Origin: Jimgerdemannia flammicorona
Taxonomy: Eukaryota
Assembly (NCBI GenBank): GCA_003990765.1
Contig: RBNJ01000099.1
Location: 1 to 41,730 of the forward strand
Length of the DNA stretch: 41,730 nt
Reading direction: 5' to 3'
The translations under genes were made by a program, and so were the position numbers. This document shows, in pieces, positions 1 to 12,020 of this stretch. Within the stretch, counting starts at the first letter, position 1. The number at the start of each line of letters is the position of its first letter. The notes beneath the pieces were generated by a model that did no database searches, was not told where the DNA came from, and saw only the letters and a program-made list of their open reading frames with translations.

Positions 1-465
1 TCCTTCACCGCCGCCGCCGCCAAGGCCCCCTCCAAGACCCCCGCCAAGACCCCCGCCAAGCCCAACCAGGCTTTGTCAGCCTCTTCCCAGTCCCCCTCCC
101 CCGCCAAGGCTTCCTCCTCCGTTCCCCCTACCCCCAAGCGTGGCCGCCAACTTGGTTCTCGCCCCGTTGGGGCTTGGCCTTGCGCTGTCTGCTCCGGTCG
201 CCTCCACTGTGCCTACTGGCACCCGGCCAAGTCTGTCTGTCCTCATGGTGGTGTTCCTTGCGCTGCTGCCCCTTCGGCTGCTTGCTCGCCTTCGGCCTCC
301 TCTGCCGGTTCCTCCTCCACCTCCTCCACCCGTGCCCCTGAGTGTAAGGGCTGCACAAAAGTCTGTAGCCGCAAGGTCTGGCACTCTGATGGGGTGTGCT
401 CCCGTTCGTCGGGCTCGCCACCTTCAAAAAAAGTCAGAGGGAAGGGGAAGGCCTCTTGCTCTTAA
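1..465 (+). CDS. PLE ORF1, C-terminal part: Pro/Ser/Lys-rich with two Cys/His clusters
   Basis: Frame 1 is open from base 1 (SFTAAAAKAPSKTPAK...) to TAA 463-465; contains CAVCSGRLHCAYWHPAKSVC and CKGCTKVCSRKVWHSDGVC. Confidence 0.6.
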   Translation, partial: SFTAAAAKAPSKTPAKTPAKPNQALSASSQSPSPAKASSSVPPTPKRGRQLGSRPVGAWPCAVCSGRLHCAYWHPAKSVCPHGGVPCAAAPSAACSPSASSAGSSSTSSTRAPECKGCTKVCSRKVWHSDGVCSRSSGSPPSKKVRGKGKASCS

Positions 466-2480
466 ACTTCCCCCCAGCATGGTTCTCCCCCGGTGTCCCC
501 ATCCCTTCTCGGATTCTGTCGTCGCTTCTGGTGTGCCCTGAGTGGTTCCTCATGCTGTCCCCCCTTCGCCTTTCCCAGTTGCTTGTCCCGAACTTTCGGG
601 TTTATTCTTCTCTTGGAACACTTTTGTCTCCTCCTTTTTCTTCGGCTGACTGCCCCCTTTCTCCCCTTCAAGTCTTTGCCTTATCCTTGGGTCCTCGCTT
701 TGTTTTTCCTGCGACTCCCTCACAATTCTCCTTCACTGATCCGGCTCGTCTAACACATTTTCGTCATGCTCTTGACCTTGCCATCTTCTTTCAAGATTGT
801 GGTGAGATGCCCTCTCGCTATTTTGTTCCTAGCGATTGGGTCCCCCCTCCCAATGTCTCTTCACACTGCGTATTCCTCGACATGGCTTGCTCTTTGTCCG
901 TTCCTGGACGTGCTCGCTCTTGCTTGGTTTCGGACCATGCCGTGTATACCGCGCTTAAATCGGTCAAGCAATTGCCTATGCATTTGCTCACAGTCACTGA
1001 TAAGAATCAGAGTTTTGCACTTATTCCTAAGTCACTCTACCTTGATGGCCTTTCTGCCCTCCTTCGAGCCATGGCTTACGAGCCTAGCGCTCTTGGATTG
1101 GATGAGGTTCTCATACTTCTTCGGGTTTCTCTGGCTCATGCTAGATCGCTTTCGGATTTCCCATTCGTGAACCCCATTTTTAACTTCTTCCAGGACTCTT
1201 TGTCCTCCCCAGATATTTCTCTTCCAGTTTTTTATGCTCTTCCTAAAGTTCACAAGCCTGTTTTGGCTTGGCGTCCTATTACAGCTGCTTATAGTTCTCC
1301 TACCACCGAGATTTCGAAATGGTTATCCTGTTTCTTTCTCTCCTGGATGACTCTCTTACAATACTGTCTTGGGCCTGAGTATACTATTCTTTGGGATACT
1401 TAGGAGCTCATCCTTCTCTGCTCCACCATTGTGCCTGTTCACTGTTTTTCTCATTTGGCCTCTGGTGACTTCTCTTCTTTCTATACTGCTATTCGTTTTG
1501 ATGAGATCGATGATTGCCTCCACTTCTTGGGCTCCTTAGTTTTTCCTTTGGACTCCCCGGTTTCATTGGCTTCCATTGTTGAGCTTATGCTCCTTGTCTG
1601 CGGCTCTAATTATTTTGAGTCAGCCCTTGGCTCCTTTCACCAGACTTCTGGTATTGCCATGGGAACGAATTGTGCCCCCACTCTTGCCAACCTTGTTGGC
1701 CTGGCCCATGAATTGCATGCGTTACGTGATATTACTTCACCTCTTTCCATTGCGTTCCGGGCTGGGGATATCTTCTTTCGCCGATATATTGATGACTTTA
1801 TTGTCTTCGCTGTTGCTGGCATCGATATCCCTAGTGTGTTCCTGGGCATCTACCCTCCCCATCATTCTATTACTTGGGTGTGCGGTACGACTAGTATTCC
1901 CTTTTTGGACCTTTCCATTTCTCTTTCTCCCTTCCGAACTATTGTTTATTCCCGTTTTCCCCATTCACAACAGTTCCCTGACTTCTTGTCCAATCATCCC
2001 CGTCGCACTCTTCTCGAATGTGTTCGTGGTGAGGCACGTCATCTTGTATTATGCTGCTCCCGTCGTTCTGATTGGGTGTCTGCTGTTCGGGTTCTTGGCA
2101 ACTTCGTGGTCCATCGTCGTGCCTACCCCATTTCTATCGTTCGTGATCTACTTGCTTCTGTCGAATGGTCTGTTGTTCACTCTTCCCTACTCTCTCCCCT
2201 TTACCCCCCTTCACTTCCCTCTCTCCCCCCTTACCCTTTCTATACCCCCTCTTCCTTCCCACCCCCGATTCTCGTCGTACCATTTGATCATGCTCGCTGG
2301 GTCGCTCAACGCCCTGACACTGTCCTGCACTCTTCTCTTTCATACCATGGACTTTCATCTCTTTCCCGACGCCCTCTGATTGCTCGTTCGCATCTTCCTT
2401 CTGTTTCTTCTTCAATCCATTGCTCTCGTTTTGCGTTTTCGTCACCTTCTGGTGCCTCCAGTTCTGCCGGAGAGGATTAA
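426..2480 (+). CDS. PLE reverse transcriptase with one in-frame TAG at 1401-1403; start uncertain (placed at the candidate frameshift site)
   Basis: ORFs 396-1403 and 1431-2480 share a frame. Motifs: TDKN, FYALPKVHK..WRPI, GDFSSFYT, GIAMGTNCAPTLANL, RYIDD (YIDD 1785-1796), IPFLDL. No GIY-YIG before the stop. Confidence 0.9.
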
Positions 2481-2975
2481 AAAACATCCTTGCCCCCTCC
2501 GGGGTCTCGCGCTCGCTCCGGGGTCTCGGCCTTACTCTGCTCCCCTCCGCTGCCTTCAGCCCCTCGCTTCGCTCGGGCTCGCTGCGGCTCGCTCCGTTTC
2601 GGCCTCACTCCTCGCTCACGCTCACCCCTCTGGGGTCTGCGGATGTTTTTTAATCTCGATTTGGATTTGTTTTGTTTGTATTTGTTTGTGATTTTTATCC
2701 TGCAACTGGGATTGGCTCCCCCTTTATCTCCGCTTATCTCCGGCGGTCATGTGGTTCCTAATTCGGTTCGCCCTGAGTTGTGGCATGTCCTCCCTTTTGG
2801 GACGTCATATTTTGTATATAAGGACCGCGTTTTTACGTGGCAATAAACAGCTGATGCATTTTCGGTTACGTTCTTTGTTCATCCCCCTTATACATGCTCT
2901 TCCACATGTCTTCCGTTTGCTTTGACACTGGCTCTGGGTTCGCTCCCTTGGCTCCCACTGGGCCTTCTTCCTCCT

Positions 2976-3140
2976 CTGAACCACTTAATCTAAATTACTC
3001 AATCTGAATTACTCAATCCAAACTACTTAATCTGAACTACTCAATCTGAATTACTCAATCCAAATTACTCAATCTGAATCATTTAATCTAAATTATCTAA
3101 TTCAAATTATCTAATTCAAATTCTTCAATCTGAATTCTAT
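2976..3140. repeat. Degenerate 14-bp tandem repeat (TCYRAAYTAYTYAA), possibly DNA-transposon subterminal repeats
   Basis: About 11 imperfect units such as tctgaattactcaa and tccaaactacttaa. Confidence 0.75.
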
Positions 3141-3159
3141 CTAAATCCTCTATATGACT

Positions 3160-3252
3160 TATATACTGAATATATATATATATATAATATATATATACAA
3201 ATACATATATAAATACATATATATAAACACACATATACAAATATATACATGT
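3160..3252. repeat. (TA)n/(TACA) microsatellite
   Basis: tatatatatatataatatatatatacaaatacatat... Confidence 0.85.
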
Positions 3253-3289
3253 ATTTTACTGTTCACTCTAGTAATTTGTTTAAAGAACT

Positions 3290-4500
3290 CTAGATCATAG
3301 CTACCATTGCTATATAGACTATATCATACTTATATGCAGCCTGTTCTTTAACAGTATTTCTAAAGTTCTTATAAGAGTACAGAATTCTATATATCTCTGG
3401 AAATTTAACAAGAATAGATTAGTAAAAAAAATCTTGAAAAAAAGGAGATAATTACAGAGAATTTTGAAAAAAAAAAAAACTTCAAAGAACCCACTTTTTG
3501 TCAATATTGCAGTATACTCAATTCTCATCCAAACTCCCCCTCCTTGCTTTTATACCCCCTCTTTTCTACTATCTGGTATTTGATACAATTCTTGCAAACT
3601 TTATTAATATAGTAATAAAACTTATTACTATAGAGATTCCTTACTACTATTGTAATAACCTCTTCATATTTATTAATAATAATATGATTTTCTTTATCAT
3701 TGAATACTCTAGCAGATCAATGGGCTTCTTGATTGAGAATAATTAGCTCTGATTTGAATATAGACTCCAAGCTTTGATAGTAATATTAATATTATTTATA
3801 TGTACTAAATAACTTGCTCTTAAACTTCTCTATTTGATCAGATATCAGATGTGGTCAAACTTGGGTAACTTTGAATTCTTCTCTGCAGTAGAACTGAGTC
3901 TTGATCTGAGTAGTGGGCCAAGTTAAGTATGTAGACAGATTATGTACAAATATTATATAGGAATTTTTAGAGAAAAATATATAAAAATGAAGTTAAATAA
4001 AATATTAGAGTAAGTATTTAGAAAAGAGTATAAGAATGAGTTATATATAGATAAGTTGTACAAGATTACTCATAAAGGCTTGCTTCTGATTCTTTTGAGA
4101 TCTCTACAATATAATATATTGACTCAACAGCTTAGTCACCAAAGGTATGCCTTATAATATTCTCTAGTCTTTCTTCATCTTAACTAGATATTATAAATAA
4201 AGTTGGTAGATCTTACTATAGAGCTATAGACTCTAAGAAAAAGAAAAACAGTATAAAATAAACTTGATTATACTGTGGGAATTTAAATATAATAACAAAA
4301 AGACAATCTATATCTACTATTGACTGCTCTAAAAAGGCTACTATATATATAGCTGTAAGGTCTATGAATTCTGAGATCTGAAGGATCACTATGAGTTATT
4401 GCTAGAATTCTCCCTTATTCTCATCATTACTATCATCATCACTATTACCATTACATATTACTACTACTTTAGCTCTTAATGAGTAGCTTGTATACTGCTT
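3290..4500 (-). pseudogene. Possible relic of a hAT transposase, C-terminal region
   Basis: Eroded motifs in hAT order on the minus strand: LESIFK (cf. LDPRFK), LDE, then KNRL (cf. hATC RNRL). Heavily mutated; read by eye. Confidence 0.3.
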
Positions 4501-4756
4501 ATATAAGAAAGAATTTAATATTATCAGCAGAGAATGTTTTTCTATCTTGAATATTCTCTCTTTTGATGATCATTAGATAAAAAAATAAGTAGACCAATAT
4601 ATAATTAAGGGCTGCTATTTATTTGTTCATAATATGGCAAGAGAAATAAAAAAGAGTATTAGAGAATAAAGAAAGAGAGAATAAAAAAAGGGAGAACAAA
4701 GAAAGAGAGAACAAAAAAAGAGTCATATCACCAAAAATTTCAGAGAACAAAGTAAG

Positions 4757-7181
4757 TATAAGTATACAATCTTCAAGTTACTAAAATCATATACATATCA
4801 CTCTCTGAATAAATCTGGAAATTACATGTAAGATTACAAAACTAAGTCAAACCAAAGTTATAGAGCACAAAGCTGAGTTAACTCAAAGTCATAGAATATA
4901 AGATTTACATAAATGGAATCTTACTAATCAGAACCAAATGCATATATACCAAGTACTCAGATACATCAAAACAGAGAACTACAACAAACTAAATAAATAA
5001 CTATAACTCTTAAATATATATATAACTATGACTACTGAAATCTACAATTATATCTATGCTGACATTTAGAATATTATTATCAATCAAGTTATATCTCTCC
5101 TACCTCTCATAAATATCCATAGCCTAGTATTTTTCTACTTTATAGAAGTCTGATAGAATGCTCTGAACATGCTCAGCAAAGTCTATTAAATTGGACAAAT
5201 CTCAAGCTACTACCAGATTGGTTACCTCCTGGAAGATATAGTCAAACACCACTATGATACAGATATTACCCAGATGTATCAATATCAGAAGCTCATCATC
5301 CACAAATACTGAGAACTCTTTTATAAGTATAGCACTTTTATTCCTTACCTCTGAGTTACTACTGCCAAAATGATTGCAACTCTGTCTTATAGCCAAATCG
5401 ATAATATAATATAAGAACTCAACCATAAGTATATTTAGTATATATAAACTATAGACAAAACCTTCTTACACTCTGACAACCACATCCTGCAAATACTCTA
5501 AGTTAGATATACTATGAAAGATATCTATAATATAATCTGGTTTGATGATGATGAAGTAGAAGATAATGATCTCTCTAATACTGATATGACCTTGAGTCAA
5601 AGATCTTTACCAACTTTGATCACTCTGTCAATTTTGTTGATAAACTTACAACAGTTCATAATCACCTATAAGATCTATTAGAATAGTGACCACTAGCACA
5701 AATATCAACCTGTATTTATCTCTAACTATTTCAACTATAATAAAGAGACTGGAAATCTATACCTCTAGATAACTCTTGAGATCAAACCAACAACTTTACT
5801 ACCCAAGTATGAGTAATATAAAGAATAGCCACTAGCTTACTATAATTTAGCAACCCATAGTACTGTTACCTATAAAGATATATAGATAGTAAATCTGATG
5901 AAAGTAAAGATGATATATCTCTCCTTTGTCCAACTAACTCTATATTGTAATGTAGCAGACACTAAGGTGGGCAAGTATGTCAGATTTCTTTATCTTGAAT
6001 TCTTGTCTTCTTGACTCCTAGAGTCAGTAGTTCCTTGAGGCCAAATGTGTTTTTAAAGAGGTAATCCTGAAGGTCCTTTTATTGATATACTTGTTCTTTT
6101 TCTAACACTTTCAATCTGAGATTTATTCACTCAAAGATACTGGGTTATTTATACAAGTTTACTAGCTATGAGATGGCTACTGATTTACGTGACTAAGTTA
6201 TGAGTCATTTAGACAATGTCTAGAAATTTAGACAATGTTGAAATGCTATACTAAATCGGGATATTCGATTTGGACAATATCTAGAAATTTAGACAATGTC
6301 TAAATTGGCGACTGCTAACTATAAGGCTATACTACTTTGGGAATGGGTGTGATCAAGTGTCCATTCCCTATTTCCTTCTTCCTAATTTGGCTATACCATC
6401 ACAATATCTAGTATATAAGACAGATGATATTATCCTGTAGAATAGTGATATGGTCCCAATATATTATTATCTGAGTAAACAGAGAGAAGTAATCCAAAAA
6501 CTACTCTTTCTAGATGACTACTTCATTAGAGATGATATTATCAATGGTAATATTATTGAAGACTACCCAGATAGTATCTAAATCTATAGATAGCTTAGTA
6601 GTTATTAGTATAGTTAGATTAGCCTTATATGATATAACTGCATACTAACTCAGTAAGGTACTAAGTTATTTAGTATAGTTCAGATAGTCTCTTATTAGTA
6701 TAAATATCTTCTTTCTCAGACCTCAGAATCTCAGACTTGAACAAATCCAAACATAAGAATCTCTGAACACTTTCTCTTAATATTTCTTTACAAACTACTC
6801 TTAGTATTATAAATAGCAAATAAACCTATTTAATAATCTATAAACTACTCTTAAGTAAATCTGAGTCCTATTAGATCTCATTCCTAACCATATTATGAAA
6901 TTTCCTAATTGAGTATTGTCTGCAGCAATATGCCAATTCAACTAAGCTGGTCTTAGTTTCTTGAACTTTCTGAAATATAGAAAATCCTGAATATCTAGAA
7001 CAAGTTCAAAAATGGACTTTGGTTGAGATGTCAACTCAATCTTAAAATTAATAAGTATAGAGAATATACTCTATATGAAATTAATATTGATCTAAAGAAA
7101 ACAGTCTTCTGGAATATCTAGAACTTTAAGAAAACTCTTTCAGAACTATGTAACAGTACTTTTATAAGTAACTCTCTTACA
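4757..7181 (+). mobile_element. Solo LTR of family A (about 2 kb plus a nested insertion)
   Basis: Colinear with the LTR at 35539-37555; termini TATAAG (from TGTAAG)...CTTACA; perfect 5-bp TSD GTAAG at 4752-4756 and 7182-7186. Confidence 0.92.
5946..6403 (-). mobile_element. Solo LTR of family B nested in the family-A solo LTR
   Basis: Reverse-complement match to 11453-11906; TG...CA ends; 4-bp TSD ATAT at 5942-5945 and 6404-6407. Confidence 0.93.
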
Positions 7182-8080
7182 GTAAGGGTGATATTATCAA
7201 AGATTTTGAGTGATCTGAATTAATTCAGATCAATCTGGATTAGATCACAAGACTAATCTAAGTTGATTCAAATCTATCACATAATGAATCTGAATCAAAT
7301 CTCATTTGGATAAATTATATCCATTTGGAGAATTATTCTTAAAGATCTTTTTCCAAAGTATAATAGTAATCTGAAGAATATAGACTTAAAGACCAAAGAT
7401 AGTAATGGTTCAATTTATACTATAGTATGTATTTTTTTACATTTTGTTTGTATATTTATTTAGTAGTTTATGAACTTAACTATTTTTATTTTTATTAAAA
7501 AAAAAATGACTACACTATCAAATTATAATGTACTATTTCTATATTTATAAAGTCATTGATAAAAAGTTTGATTAAATCTTCTCTAATGTAGACCAGCTAA
7601 GATCTATAGCTCCAAAAGATCTTACTTATACTTACCAACAAGTATTACAATATTTGTAAGTCTGGAATAATTTTATTTATTTAAAGAATGACAAGGGTGA
7701 GCTCAGTAAGCCATTCTATAGCAACTATATAAAACAACTACTCTATTTCATATTATTTAAATAGAAATCTTAGTTTATGAATATATTTCAAAAAGATGAA
7801 TATATTAATTATTATATAGTTATCATTATTTATATATTTATATTTATCAGTATATACTTATTTAATATATACTTATTTCTTTATAGCTAAATTATATTGT
7901 CTGGCCTAATACCTTATCAAGAACTTTCAATAAAAGAAAGTATAAGAAAATATATATAAAATAGCTTGAAATGATCAATAAGATTCACAATCATATTGAT
8001 TTACTTGAGATTGAAAAAATAGTTAATAATCTGTACAAAAATATTGACTCAAATAAAGATGACAAGATGATCAATATCTC

Positions 8081-9490
8081 TTTTTTTTTTTTTTTATAGT
8101 CTCTTGGATTTCTTCCTTTATTAATATCCCAATCTATCTCATACAAATACATTGAGCCTATCTTTTACCTGATCCCCCTAGGGGGGCCCCTTTCTCCCAC
8201 CCTTACTTGATGAAAGACTACTTTGTCTAATACTATCGCCACCCACCCACCACTCTGTTCACAGATTCCTTCTACTAGACAGCGACATCACTCACCCTGG
8301 GGACCTCAACCAATCCACCACCCAGTCAGTAGATCTCTCAATAACTCCTCCCACCTCACCAACTTCTCCTGCATCTCTATCTGGTGCCTTTCTTCAAAAA
8401 CAAATAGCCAATGTCCAGTCAATCCTACCCAAACTACAATAACCCACCCTATAGTGAGCCACCTATTGCCAATACCTCCCACTAGTCTAGATTTCAAATC
8501 CTCCCAGCGACCTCTCTCTCCATCTGGCCTCCTTTCTACCTAACCAGTCTCCTATAGCTATCCAAAAGTCCCCCAAAACCTCACACTCTCCTAGCCAATG
8601 TTCTGGCATTTACACAAAACCCCCAGCTTACCTTATATTATAACACTCCTCACAATCCAATTGGCCACCATCCACCAGATACCCAGCATGGAAATTTAAC
8701 ATAACATTCCTTTGCAGTATTTGCCACCACACTACCCAGAACTTGAGAGGAAGTCACCACTGCACCTCAGCACTCCAGGACCAGATTCCTGCCCAGTCCC
8801 ACTCCTCACCAATCCTCACTGCCTGCCAACTACTCAGCCAAAGATCCTGGCCAAGTCCCCACTAATACTTAACTCTATTACCAATATCAAACTCAGTAAG
8901 CAGAACCCCCCTTAGTAACAGTCTGTCCCATCACTATATAGCAGAGCTCCATGCCTCCTCTCCCTCATTGCCTTACCAGTACAGGCCTATCTGGTGTACT
9001 CTATCCACCATCCCCCATCAGAAGCCCTTGTACCATAACTGTCAGTTTCTATTCAGACCTACTAGAGAGAACAAATCTCCTGAGAATCTCCAGGGTGAGA
9101 ATCTCATCTCCCACACCTTCTGCATCAGTGGAACCCAACCTCTTCTCTATAGTTCAACAGTCCTTTTCAACCACCAAGCTTGCAGACAGTATAGCTGTTT
9201 AGGAAAATCCACAAGGCCTAGGCCTCCTCTAACCACCAGCTCCACAAGGGTATCCCAACTAATCTGGGACCTTCTTCTTGTCCAAATCCAATCTCTAGCT
9301 AGTTTCATCAGCCTCTTCACCACTCAGGCTGGAAAGTCTAAGTAATATGCCACATACTATAGCTTGGAGAACCAGTAAACATTCAGGATCGACACCCACC
9401 CCACTAGGGAGATATGACAACCCCCCCAACCTCTCAGAGCCTCCCTCCAAATGGCCACCCTCCTTTCCCACCATACCTGTGATAAGACCA
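8081..9490 (-). mobile_element. 5'-truncated non-LTR retrotransposon (L1/Tx1-like), 3' part of ORF2
   Basis: Poly(A) (T-run 8081-8095); AATAAA at 8117-8122 (-); TSD ATGATCAATATCTC at 8067-8080 and 9491-9504. Translation LNVYWFSKL*YV...WIW...ISWDTL...RGGLGLVD and a degenerate CxxC...H..xC finger. Confidence 0.9.
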
Positions 9491-9697
9491 ATGATCAATA
9501 TCTCTGATATTTCTCTTTTATTGAATAAGAATGATCTGATCTAAGAGACAAATAAGCAGAATATAAAATAGGATATATAGTAAAAGAAACTATTTATAGA
9601 AAAAGAAAGTATTTGTAAAAAAGAAATATCTATAGAGAGAAATGTTCACAGGAGTATTTGTAAATAAAAAAAGAAATAAAATGGTTTTTTTTTATAA

Positions 9698-10040
9698 GCT
9701 GTTCATATCTGTAGAATATAAGTTCATATTCATATTAAAGAGTTCATATTTGTGGAATATTAGTTCATACTCACATTAAAGAGTTTATATTTATTATTAA
9801 TTATTTGGAAAAAAAAAAACTTCAGTTTGTATTTACTAGTTTATATTCATAGCTATTTAGATTTATATTATTTAATATAGTTTGAGTTTATAGCTATTTA
9901 GTTTATATGACTATGTCTTCAAGAAAACAAATCTGTTAGTATTGACTAGTTTATATCTATAATTATTCAAATTTATATTATGAAATTATAGTTTATATAT
10001 TATACTTTCTATTTGTATTTTTAGCAATTTAGTTCATGAA
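9698..10040. repeat. Dispersed AGTTYATATT short repeats, possibly subterminal repeats of a DNA transposon
   Basis: Many agttcatatt/agtttatatt copies. Confidence 0.5.
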
Positions 10041-11452
10041 ATATACAGAAATTTGAGACTTAGTTTAGAACTGGCAAGTATGGCTACTTAGATAAAAAAA
10101 ATGATAAATAAATATATAGTATTTTTTATCAGAATGGATCTATGACTCAACCATTCCAATTTTCTGAATGACATTTTTAATGTCATCAATAAAATTCAGA
10201 TATTTATTATTGTATAGACAAGATAGAAAGAAATATAAATTATAGTCAATGAAGGATTGTTTTATATAAGCAAAATAGGAATAATGCCATCACTACCTCC
10301 AGTCAGTAATGAAGAGTCCTCCAATAATAGAGAATGAATCTTGATGAAACAAAAAGCTACTGTTAGCACCAAATAAAATACTGAGTACCAAAAGTGATAG
10401 TAACTTTTAAAGAAAGCCAAATAGACTAACAAAGTCAATAAAATACTTCAACAAAATAGTGCTGTCCTTAGATAAGTTTAAGATATAGTTTTTGGACAAA
10501 ACTCAGAGCTAATAAACTTAATCAGAATATACTCTGAATTGTATGAATATACCACTAATACTATCTCTATGAATGCTATTGTGAAAAATCATCTATTTGA
10601 TAAAAAATTGCAATATAATAAACAAATTCAATATAATAAGACTAAGAAAGAATGAAAAATAGTAATCATCCATCTAATCAAAAAAGTAATCTTATCTTAA
10701 TAGAAGAGAAGAAGATTAAAAGTAAAATAATATAGTTAAAGAAGTATATTAGATTTATGATATAACTTCTCACCTAATACTAAACCAGATCTACTATCTA
10801 TAAAGAGTAAGTAAATGAGATTTAACTTAAATATAAAATAATAAGATATATTTACTATACAAAATATATCTATAATGAATCTGAAAACTATACTATAAAT
10901 ACTACTATACTATAAATACTATAAATAATAAATACCACAAATATTATATATAAAAATCTCAATTTATATCAATAAAGATTTGATTTTAATAATCTATAAA
11001 CTCTTATATTATATATAATTTATTATTAAATATATATTCCTAATGCTACTATATACTTCTTAAATAAAAACTGGCCACAATTATAAGTAATACCAAGTTC
11101 ATATAACTGTATTTTTGGTCTATATACTTGGCTATTTAGTCCAACTATATGTTTACAAATAAAATATATATTTAAAAATGTTTCTCTTATGATATGTGAT
11201 CTACATACTTATTTATTAAATATGAATGAAAAGAATATATATTCAATCTACCTGCTAAGTTCTTTTTTACTGAATCACATTCCTCAAACAAGAGTTGTAT
11301 ATATATATACTATATGAATAATTATATCCACAGATATAATATTAAACTGCTCAGTCTATATAGTGATAGCTATTTCTGTCTCATAATTATAAGAGACTAT
11401 GTTTTTAATACTAGTATCCTCAATATCTACTATATTATACTACTCTAAGTAT

Positions 11453-11906
11453 TGTGACAGTACAGCCAAATTTGGAAGAAGGAAATAGGGAATAGACACT
11501 TGATCGCACCAGTCCCAAAGTAGTATAGCCTTATAGTTAGCAGTCTTCGATTTCAACATTGTCTAAATTCTTAGACATTATCCAAATCGAACACCCCAAT
11601 TTAGTATAGCATTTTGACATTGTCTAAATTTCTAGACATTGTCTAAATGACTTATAACTTAGCCACGTAACTCAGTAGCCACCTCATAGCTAGCAAACTT
11701 GTATAAATAACCCAGTATCTTTGAGTGAATAAACCTCAGATCGAAAGTATTAGAAAAAGAACAAGTATACTGATAAAGGGACTTTTGGGATTACCTCTTA
11801 AACACATTTGGCCTCAAGGAACTACTGACTCTGGGAGTCAAGAAGACAAGAATTCAAGATAAAGAAATCCAATGTACTTACCCATCTTAGCATCTGCTAT
11901 GTTACA
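11453..11906 (+). repeat. 5' LTR of element B
   Basis: Direct repeat of 17687-18145; TATAAATA 11702-11709; AATAAA 11728-11733; internal 19-bp GACATTGTCTAAATTTCTA repeats. Confidence 0.97.
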
Positions 11907-11909
11907 ACT

Positions 11910-11958
11910 TGGTGTCTATTGGCTGGTGATTCAAGATGAATCCCTCACTTTCAAGCTA
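11910..11958 (+). promoter_or_regulatory. PBS-like site (TGGTGTCTATTGGCTGG) and conserved leader hairpin
   Basis: TGG 3 nt after the LTR; block conserved in C and D; GATTC-AAGAT-GAATC inverted repeat. Primer tRNA not identified. Confidence 0.7.
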
Positions 11959-12020
11959 AACAATGAACAACCACCACTATCCGAATAACCATACAAACCA
12001 AGTCCCAATACCCAGACAAG

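Larger units (their letters stand above)
1..2975 (+). mobile_element. Penelope-like retroelement (PLE) without GIY-YIG endonuclease (Coprina/Athena type); 5' end outside the window, 3' boundary approximate
   Basis: PLE-type RT motifs; C/T-rich strand with CpG retained; abrupt switch to AT-rich repeats near 2980. Confidence 0.85.

Noticed and set aside
1401-1403. Programmed readthrough or an alternative genetic code explaining in-frame stops (also 40823)
   Set aside because: All three stop types occur, each one transition from a sense codon, and they differ between copies; mutation is the simpler explanation.
2480-2975. Hammerhead ribozyme expected in PLE termini
   Set aside because: No CTGANGA...GAAA core found by eye on either strand (nearest is CTGATGC at ~2851); a covariance-model search would be needed.
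2976-3140. 14-bp repeats as telomeric repeats or a CRISPR array
   Set aside because: Degenerate, no spacers, no G/C-strand telomere pattern, eukaryotic context.
4640-4750. AGAGAAYAAA purine repeats as a functional element
   Set aside because: Low-complexity tandem sequence with no further support.
11491-11499. AATAGACAC in the LTR complementary to the PBS (Tf1-like self-priming)
   Set aside because: Only 9 nt, lies in U3 rather than at the transcript 5' end, and is not preserved in the solo LTR or in D.
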